Source of the DNA: an uncultured Gemmatimonadales bacterium
Lineage (GTDB): Bacteria > Gemmatimonadota > Gemmatimonadetes > Gemmatimonadales > GWC2-71-9
Reading direction: 5' to 3'
Assembly: GCA_963795085.1 (NCBI GenBank)
Contig: CAWCFX010000001.1
Location: 536,864-600,863, forward strand
Length of the DNA stretch: 64,000 nucleotides
Shown here: positions 57,282 to 64,000 of the stretch, one piece after another
How the letters are laid out: the number at the start of each line of letters is the position of its first letter
Numbering within the stretch: position 1 is the stretch's first letter
Notes under the pieces: model-generated
Seen by the model: only the letters and a program-made list of their open reading frames with translations
What the model was told of the DNA's origin: nothing
Database searches by the model: none
Translations under genes and position numbers: made by a program

Positions 57282-60150
57282 GCTCCAGCGCCAGGCGATC
57301 GAAGCCCCGTCCGGCCCGGTCCTGGTGCTGGCCGGGCCCGGCGCCGGCAAGACCTCCTGCCTCGTCGCCCGGATCCAGTTTCTCATCGCCGCGCGCGATG
57401 TCAGGCCGGAGCGGCTCTGCGCCGTCACCTTCACCAACAAGGCCGCCGAAGAGATCGCTCTTCGCCTCAAGGCCGGGCTGGGGCGCCCCGCCGGGGACAT
57501 TACCCGCGGCACCATTCACTCCCTCTGCCTCCGGGTGCTCCGGGAGCACGGTGCCGGCGTCGGGCTGCAGTCCGGGTTCGGCGTCGCCGACGACGAGTAC
57601 CAGCACGCCATCCTGGCCCGGCTCCGGGTGCCCCGGAAGTATCGCGGCGGCCTGCTCACCCGGTTCGGCCGGCGGCGGCTCCAGAACTACGAACTCACGC
57701 CCGACGACCAGAAACTGCTGGAGCGCTACCAGGAGACGCTCCACGGCGCCAACATGGCCGACTTCGACGATCTCGTCGTGCGCACCGCCGACCTGCTCAA
57801 GGGCCGCCCCGATATCGCCGACGCGGTGGCGGCCCAGTGGGACTACCTGCTGGTGGACGAGTGCCAGGACCTGAACGCCCGGCAGTACGAGATCATCCGC
57901 CGCCTGGTGGAACCCCACGGCAACCTCTTCGCCGTCGGCGACGACGAGCAGTCCATCTTCGGCTGGGCCAGCGCGGACCCGCTGATCCTCCGCCAGCTGG
58001 CCAACGACTTCCTCGTCTCCCGCCCCATCATCCTCGACGAGAACTGCCGCTGCTCGGCGAAGATCTTCCTCGCCGCCCGGCGGCTCATCGAGCAGAATCC
58101 CCCGCTGTTCGAGAAGGGCCTCCGGGCCCGGCGCGAGTCGCCCTGGGAGGTCGAAGCCTTCACCTTCGCCGACGAGGGAGACGAGGCCGCCTGGGTCGTC
58201 GCCGATATCCTCCGGGACCGGGCCGAGTCGGGCACGCCGTGGGGCGAGTACGGCATCCTGTACCGCCGCCACGACAGCGGCGAGCTGCTCGAGGGGCGCC
58301 TCCTCGCCGCCGGCATCCCCTGCCGCCTGAGCCGGGGCCGCGCCATCGGCGACGACCGCGTGATCGGCCAGGTCCTGGCCTCGCTCCGGGTGATGCTGGC
58401 CCCCGCCGACCAGGTCGCCGTCGAGGCGCTGGCGGAGCTGGTCCTGCCCGGCATGCTCGTGGACCAGGTGCGGACCCATCACATGGCGGGCGGGTTCCTG
58501 CCCGGCCTCCGGCTGTATGCCATCGCGCATAAGGGAGAGCCGGACGCGAAGAAAGCCTGGCGCTTCATCTACGCGGTGGAGAACCTCCGCGGCATCCGCC
58601 GCGCCCAGCGCTCCCTGGCCGGCCTGGTCAGCGCGGTGCTTTCCCAGGGTGTGGGGACCTACAGGAACCCGCTGGAGGCGGAACCGGTCAGCCTCGCGCT
58701 CACCGATCCCGCGGCCTTTCCCGGCGCGCCGGATCTCGCCGACCGTCTCGCCCGGGTGCGCCGGAGCGGCGGCCGCATCTGGATTCCCCCGTCGGGCGGC
58801 CTCGAGCTGGCCATTCGCGGCATGCTGGTCAAGGCCGGCTTCACCCTGATGACCATGGGCAGCCCCGCCGCGCTGGAGCCGGACGGCCTGGACCTCGCTC
58901 CGCTCCCGCCGGGGTTCCCCCTTCTTCTCTTCAAGGCTCTCCAGCTGGAAGAGAGCCGGACCTGGGACGCCCCCCAGCGCGACTTCGTCGCGTTCGATCT
59001 CGAGACCACCGACAACGACGTGGACGAGTGCGAGATCATCGAGATCGGCGCCGTGCGGGTGCGGGACGGCCAGGTCGTGGCCACCTTCGAGTCGCTGGTG
59101 CGCGGCGGCCGTCCCATCTCGCCCCGGGCCACCGCGGTGCACGGGTACGCCGACAGCCACGTCGCGTCCGCGCCGCCCTTCGCCCAGGCGTGGGAACGGT
59201 TCCGCGCGTTCGTGGGCAACGATGTGCTGGTCGCCCACAACGGGCTCCACTTCGACGTGCCGGTGCTCAAGCGCATGGCGCACGGGTTCCCCGGGCTGGA
59301 CGACCTCGTCTTCTACGACAGCCTCCCGCTGGCGCGCTCCCTCTCCACCCTGAGCGCCCGGCTCACCGACCTGGCCGATCGCTATGGCGTAGAAAAGGGG
59401 ACCTCGCACCACGCACTGGACGACGCCAGGGCGCTGGCCGGCGTGTATGGCCATCTCCACCGGGTTCGGCTGGAGCGGGCCCGCAAGGCGGCGCTCACCA
59501 GCCTGCTCGATTACCTCGGATTGGCGTTCGCGCTGGAGGGGAGAGAGCGTTCCGGCGAGGCGGCGGACCTGTTCAGGATCTGTTCCACCTACGCGCTGGG
59601 CCGCTTCGGCGAGAGCCTGGATACCTACGCCCGTGAGCGGCCCGACGGTGCCCCGTCGCTGGACGAGGTCATTGACCGGCTCGGCGGGCAACGGCTGATG
59701 GACCGGCTCCGCACCGAGCGGCGCCCCGAAGACCGCTTCCCCGGCGCCCTGGCCCGCCTCGGCGCCCTCGTCCTGGCCAGCGAGTCCCCCGACCTGGACC
59801 AGGCCATCCGGGCCCTGCTCGACCGGGTGGCGCTGTCCCGGTCCGAAGGCATCGAGCGGGAGCGGGACCGCGTCAACCTCCTCACCCTGCACGCCACCAA
59901 GGGCCTGGAGTTCAGCCGGGTCTATATCCTGGGCGTGGAAGACAACGAATTGCCCGGAAGCCAGGCGCTGGCCCAGCAGCACCTCGGCGACATCGAAGAA
60001 GCCCGGCGCCTGCTCTACGTGGGGATGACCCGCGCCAAGGACCGCCTGGTGCTCACCCGCGCCGACTTCCGCCGGGGCAGCCCCGGCGGCGATTCCGGGT
60101 TCCTTCGGGAAATCGGGTTGGTACTCACCGCAACTGCCGCTCGCGAGTAG
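57265..60150 (+). CDS. UvrD/PcrA-type SF1 helicase with an embedded DEDDh 3'-5' exonuclease domain
   Basis: AGPGAGKTS (motif I) and LLVDECQDLN (motif II). The insertion carries FDLETTD, AHNGLHFDVPVL and HHALDDARA (Exo I-III). After it come LHATKGLEFSRVYILG and YVGMTRAKDRL (motifs V-VI). Confidence 0.85.
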   Translation: MPFPTELQRQAIEAPSGPVLVLAGPGAGKTSCLVARIQFLIAARDVRPERLCAVTFTNKAAEEIALRLKAGLGRPAGDITRGTIHSLCLRVLREHGAGVGLQSGFGVADDEYQHAILARLRVPRKYRGGLLTRFGRRRLQNYELTPDDQKLLERYQETLHGANMADFDDLVVRTADLLKGRPDIADAVAAQWDYLLVDECQDLNARQYEIIRRLVEPHGNLFAVGDDEQSIFGWASADPLILRQLANDFLVSRPIILDENCRCSAKIFLAARRLIEQNPPLFEKGLRARRESPWEVEAFTFADEGDEAAWVVADILRDRAESGTPWGEYGILYRRHDSGELLEGRLLAAGIPCRLSRGRAIGDDRVIGQVLASLRVMLAPADQVAVEALAELVLPGMLVDQVRTHHMAGGFLPGLRLYAIAHKGEPDAKKAWRFIYAVENLRGIRRAQRSLAGLVSAVLSQGVGTYRNPLEAEPVSLALTDPAAFPGAPDLADRLARVRRSGGRIWIPPSGGLELAIRGMLVKAGFTLMTMGSPAALEPDGLDLAPLPPGFPLLLFKALQLEESRTWDAPQRDFVAFDLETTDNDVDECEIIEIGAVRVRDGQVVATFESLVRGGRPISPRATAVHGYADSHVASAPPFAQAWERFRAFVGNDVLVAHNGLHFDVPVLKRMAHGFPGLDDLVFYDSLPLARSLSTLSARLTDLADRYGVEKGTSHHALDDARALAGVYGHLHRVRLERARKAALTSLLDYLGLAFALEGRERSGEAADLFRICSTYALGRFGESLDTYARERPDGAPSLDEVIDRLGGQRLMDRLRTERRPEDRFPGALARLGALVLASESPDLDQAIRALLDRVALSRSEGIERERDRVNLLTLHATKGLEFSRVYILGVEDNELPGSQALAQQHLGDIEEARRLLYVGMTRAKDRLVLTRADFRRGSPGGDSGFLREIGLVLTATAARE

Positions 60151-60184
60151 AAGACTCCACTGACGTTCGAGCTTCCGCAACTGC

Positions 60185-60655
60185 CTGTCGCGAAAGCACG
60201 AAAGACCGCGGAAGCACGAAGAAAAGCAACAACTGGAACTACAAGAAAAGCAACAGCTAGAACTACAAAGAACGAAATAAGAAGAAATCAGTAGTGCTTC
60301 ACCTGTTTCATTTCTTTCGTATTTTGTTGTTCGGCTGTCATCATGCGTGTTTGTTCTTTTCTATTTTGTCGTCAGGCTGTTCGCACATCAGACAGATCGA
60401 ACTACAAAGAACACAATAGACGACATTGGATCTCTTCTTCCATCGGTTTCGTTCTCTTTCGTGTTTTGTTGTACCGGCTGTTGTTGTTCGGCTGTCATCA
60501 TGCGTGTTTGTTCTTTTCTATTTTGTCGTCAGGCTGTTCGCACATCAGACAGATCGAACTACAAAGAACGAAATAGAAGAAATTGGATCTCTTCTTTCAC
60601 CTGTTCTGTTTCTTTCGTGCTTTGTTGTGCCGCTGTTGTTGTGCTACTGTTCTCA
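60185..60655. repeat. AT-rich repeat island: 157-bp periodic array of purine-arm/pyrimidine-arm hairpins
   Basis: The 89-bp block at 60324-60412 is identical to 60481-60569. There are hairpin units at about 60258-60330, 60399-60480 and 60556-60642. aaagcacgaaag (60193-60204) is inverted at 60612-60623. Confidence 0.95.
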
Positions 60656-60662
60656 TGCCAGC

Positions 60663-61466
60663 CTACTTTCCCCCGCCCAGCGCCAACCGCACCTCTTTCC
60701 CTTCGACCTCGACCGGGTAGGTCCCGATGGCCTTCTTGGCGGGGCCCCTCGTCGCCTTCCCGGTGGCCACGTCGAACTGGGACCCGTGCCAGAGGCACTG
60801 CACCGTGCCGCAGATCAGCACCCCGCCGGCCAGCGATCCGCCGCGGTGGGTGCAGGCATCGTCGAAGGCCACGTAGCCGTCCGCGGTCCGCCCCAGCACG
60901 ATGCGCCGGCCGTTGATGTGCAGCAGCTTCATCTGGTCCACCTCGAGCTCGTCGCTGGCGGCCACCACCAGCGGCTCGCCTGGTGCCGGGGTGATCGTCG
61001 CCTCGTTCCACCGGCCGGCCGCCGCGTAGCGGTGGTCCACGCTGATCAGGTTCCGGGAGACCAGCGTGCCCCCCTGCCATCCGGCATATCCCAGCAGCAG
61101 CACGCCGGCGCCTTCCAGCAGCAGGGTGAGGGTGGACGGCGGCGGCGTCGCGCCGGCCCGGAGCAGCCACGCGGTCGCGAAGAGTGCCACCATCACCAGG
61201 TTGGCGATCATGTGGCGGGTCGCGCGCGCCTTGCCCGAACTCCCGGGCGGCACGGTGAAGAAGTAGTCGATGAACCCGGGGATCGCCGCCAGCAGGGCGG
61301 TGCCCACCCCGGCGATGACGAGATAGTATCCCACCAGGGTGAACGTCGGCCGGTCCAGCAGGATACCCAGGAAATCGAAGGCGGTTCCCCCCGCCAGGAA
61401 GGCGATCGGGAAGGGAATCAGCATCGGGTGAATCGGGTGGCCCTTCAGGCTGGCTGTGCTGCGCAT
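60663..61466 (-). CDS. DUF2231 membrane domain fused to a Rieske [2Fe-2S] domain
   Basis: N-terminus HPIHPMLIPFPIA with four TM helices. The C-terminal Rieske motifs are CTHRGGSL and CLWHGSQF. Confidence 0.75.
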   Translation of the reverse strand: MRSTASLKGHPIHPMLIPFPIAFLAGGTAFDFLGILLDRPTFTLVGYYLVIAGVGTALLAAIPGFIDYFFTVPPGSSGKARATRHMIANLVMVALFATAWLLRAGATPPPSTLTLLLEGAGVLLLGYAGWQGGTLVSRNLISVDHRYAAAGRWNEATITPAPGEPLVVAASDELEVDQMKLLHINGRRIVLGRTADGYVAFDDACTHRGGSLAGGVLICGTVQCLWHGSQFDVATGKATRGPAKKAIGTYPVEVEGKEVRLALGGGK

Positions 61467-61533
61467 GGCGTCCCCGGCGTCGGAAAGTTTCTCAAGTTTA
61501 AGCCGGGGCGGGGCGGGAAGGGTGTGACTGCAG

Positions 61534-64000
61534 TCACCCCCGGAGCGAGGCGAGGCGTTCCCCGGCGGCCTGCCGGTAGATCAGCTCGATGGGCGACCGC
61601 TCCGCGATGCTCGCCAGCCACCCCCGCGCCTCCTCGGCGCGGCCCAGGGCGAGCAGCGCTTCGCCGCGGACGAACCGGTCATAGGCCTGCGAGAAGAAGG
61701 GCGATCCCACCGTCAGCTGGAACCACACCTCGGGCCGCATCGACTCCAGCGCCCGGAGGGTGCCGCTGGCGTCCCCCCGGCTCCAGGCCATCGCCGCCCG
61801 GAGACTCACCGCCAGGTTCGCCACCGAGGCGGTGCTGTGGACCGGGACGTCGAGCGCTTCGAGCAGCGCGAGATGGTGGCCCGCTTTCGCCGCGTCGCCG
61901 ATCCGCGCCGACAACAGGCCGGCCAGGTATTCCTTCACGTGGGCATGCAGGCCGTTGTGAATCGCGAACGGGAGGTTGTGGCTGGCCCGCACCGACCCGG
62001 CATCCCACCCTTCCAGCTCGGCGAGAATGGCGAGCACATCGTCCCGGTCCGGGTCCAGGAACGGAAGCACCGCGAACAGCGCCCGCACTTCCAGGGTCCA
62101 GGCCGGTTCCAGCGGCCGGGCCAGCGCCAGTTGGGCGCGGGCCTCCTCCGGTCGGCCCAGGGCGGCCAGGACATGGGCCAGGCCCAGGTGGGCGAGCGCC
62201 CGGGCGTCATCCGGCGGCCTGGTATCCAGGAACCCGCGGACCAGCTGCTCCGCGCCCGGCAGGTTGCCGGAATAGAGCGCCACGTCCGAAAAGGCGATGC
62301 CGATCGTCAGCGTGCGGGCCCGGAACAGCTCGGCCGTCACCGTGGCGATCGCGGCCGGGTCGCGGCGGGCGAACGCGGCCAGCGCCCGCATCGGCAGCGC
62401 CCGGTCGCCCTGCGGGCTGAGCGCCACCACCTGTGCGATCAGCCGGTCGCGCTCGGCGTCCCGGCCTTCGAGGCAGGCGATCCGGACCAGGTGAACCAGC
62501 GTGGTCACGTGCTCGGGATCCAGCGCCAGCGCGCGTTCAAAGGCCCGCCGGGCCTCGGTGACGGACCGGCCCCGGAGCGGGTTGAAGTGCATCTGCAGGT
62601 CGCCGAGCAGGAACCAGGCTTCGATATCGTCCGGCGTGTTCGCGACGATGGCCTGGTAGAGGTTCTCCGCCTGCGCCGCGGAACCGGAGAGCCAGGCGCG
62701 CTGCGCATCCAGCAGCAGCCGGTCCCGCGGGGCCAGGCGGTCCCGGTGCTGGTGGGCGCGCTTGGCCGCCTCGCGGGCCAGCTCCGGCATCGCGCTCGCC
62801 GCGGTGGCGGCGGCCAGCCGGTAATACGCCAGCGCGAACCCGTCGTCCAGGCCGACCGCCTGCTGAAACGAATCCATCGCGTCGAAGTACCGGGCCGCCC
62901 GGAAATCGTGCTCGCCCCGCAGGTAGGCCTTGAGCGCGGGAAGCGACGCGGTCGTGAGCGCCGCCAGCCGGCCCACCCGCCGGCCGGTGTGACCCAGTTT
63001 GCCCGCCAGCAGTTGCCGCGCGAACTCGTCCACCAGGGTAAAGATGTCGGCCTCCGCGCCGCCCCGGGTTTCCGCGGTCGCCACCAGTTCGCCGCCGGCC
63101 CGGTAGAGCGTGCCGTTGATCTGGATCTGCCCCGCCGCCTCCACCACGCTCCCCAGCAGGTAGAACCCGGCCTCGAACCGGCCGGCCACGGCGGCCCCGG
63201 TGGCCGGCGCGGCATCGGCGATCTTCTCGTGAGACAGGTGCGCCAGCAGGGCGCGGGGATCCACGGTGCGCAGGTCGCCGGCGCCCTCCAGCTTGGTGCT
63301 CATGAGATCCACCATGCCCTCGCCCAGGTAGGCGAGGGCGGCCGAGCCGCGTACCGTGAAAGGCAGCACGGCGATGGTGCGGGCGCCGTGCTGATCGGTC
63401 GGGAGGGAAGGAGCGGCCGCCTTCACCGGGGCCGCCGCCTGCCGCGCCCGCAGCTGGGCGATCAGCCCACGCGTCTCCGGCGACGGTTCGATCTCGTACG
63501 CCTCCACCAGGCGGGACGCGAGCCCCTCGTACGCCTGGATCGCGCCGGCCCGGTCGCCGGACTTCTCGAGCAGGCCGGCCATCCGGCGAAAGGCCGCCTC
63601 GTCGAACGGCGACAGCGTGGCCAGCCGCTGGGCCCAGGAGGACGCGGCCGGAAGGTCGCCCCGCCGCTCCGCCTCGTCGGTGAGGGTCTTGAGCGCCGCC
63701 GCGGCCCGGTCCCGGAGCCGCACCCGCTCCAGGTCCAGCCAGCGCTCGAACTCCGGCGCCTGGGTGACGAAGAATCCCTCCAGCAGGTCTCCCTGGTAGA
63801 GCGTCACCGCGCCGGCGGGGTCTCCGGCAGACAGTGCCGCCTCGAAGGCCGTCGCGTCGGCGGCGAACCCCTCCTCCGCGATGGCCAGCTCCTCGTCCCC
63901 CCGCCCGACGATGACCGAGTCGCCCAGCGCCTGCCGCAGGAAATACAGCGCCCGCCGGAGCGCGGCCCGGGCGTGGCCCTGGTCCAGCTCCGGCCAGAAA
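61534..64000 (-). CDS. SARP-like regulator (wHTH + BTAD) fused to a TolB-N-like segment and a long TPR region; 5' end lies outside the window
   Basis: The frame stays open to the window edge: LWPE-type block FWPELDQGHARAALRRALYFLRQALG, read on the minus strand at 63808-64000. This is followed by a BTAD region (FERWLDLERVRLRD...AIQAYEGLASRL), AVLPFTVRGS, and then TPR repeats. Confidence 0.7.
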   Translation of the reverse strand, partial: FWPELDQGHARAALRRALYFLRQALGDSVIVGRGDEELAIAEEGFAADATAFEAALSAGDPAGAVTLYQGDLLEGFFVTQAPEFERWLDLERVRLRDRAAAALKTLTDEAERRGDLPAASSWAQRLATLSPFDEAAFRRMAGLLEKSGDRAGAIQAYEGLASRLVEAYEIEPSPETRGLIAQLRARQAAAPVKAAAPSLPTDQHGARTIAVLPFTVRGSAALAYLGEGMVDLMSTKLEGAGDLRTVDPRALLAHLSHEKIADAAPATGAAVAGRFEAGFYLLGSVVEAAGQIQINGTLYRAGGELVATAETRGGAEADIFTLVDEFARQLLAGKLGHTGRRVGRLAALTTASLPALKAYLRGEHDFRAARYFDAMDSFQQAVGLDDGFALAYYRLAAATAASAMPELAREAAKRAHQHRDRLAPRDRLLLDAQRAWLSGSAAQAENLYQAIVANTPDDIEAWFLLGDLQMHFNPLRGRSVTEARRAFERALALDPEHVTTLVHLVRIACLEGRDAERDRLIAQVVALSPQGDRALPMRALAAFARRDPAAIATVTAELFRARTLTIGIAFSDVALYSGNLPGAEQLVRGFLDTRPPDDARALAHLGLAHVLAALGRPEEARAQLALARPLEPAWTLEVRALFAVLPFLDPDRDDVLAILAELEGWDAGSVRASHNLPFAIHNGLHAHVKEYLAGLLSARIGDAAKAGHHLALLEALDVPVHSTASVANLAVSLRAAMAWSRGDASGTLRALESMRPEVWFQLTVGSPFFSQAYDRFVRGEALLALGRAEEARGWLASIAERSPIELIYRQAAGERLASLRG

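Overview
High-GC chromosomal segment; a hand count of one coding line gives 45 of 60 G+C. Gene content indicates a diderm bacterium: FtsEX-EnvC, SurA, a GT9 heptosyltransferase and an outer-membrane barrel. A Gemmatimonadota- or Acidobacteriota-like origin is only a guess. I support about 55 protein genes and one tRNA-Ile(GAU). They are mostly housekeeping: nfo, ftsEX plus an EnvC-like gene, lepA, mfd, surA-pdxA, typA, icd, aceK and sufE. There is also a large set of secreted peptidases: four M28, one M14, one M15 and one M23. I saw no transposase, integrase, cas gene or rRNA. The unusual content is non-coding. Many intergenic gaps hold short-period, strand-asymmetric repeats arranged as long hairpins, and these fall into recurring families. 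One is a 17-bp unit at 2523-2733 and 53681-53813. A second is an 8-bp GGGTCAGT unit at 5536-5676 and 36371-36450. A third is a GTGAGAA-type hairpin at 13523-13582 and 50885-50935. Two larger AT-rich arrays share the core GAAAGCACGAA (55137-55467 and 60185-60655) and bracket the aceK plus helicase-exonuclease gene pair. Protein-level oddities are listed next. A pfkB-like kinase, a STAS-GHKL kinase-like protein, a DUF4325-wHTH protein and a PLP enzyme form a chain joined by ATGA overlaps. A UvrD-type helicase carries an embedded DEDDh exonuclease. An 85-aa protein is hyper-acidic. A DUF4384 protein has a Tyr-rich core and an Arg/Pro/Glu repeat tail. Two conserved genes, lepA and the GT9 glycosyltransferase, carry single-base frameshifts in G/C runs, which are probably assembly errors.
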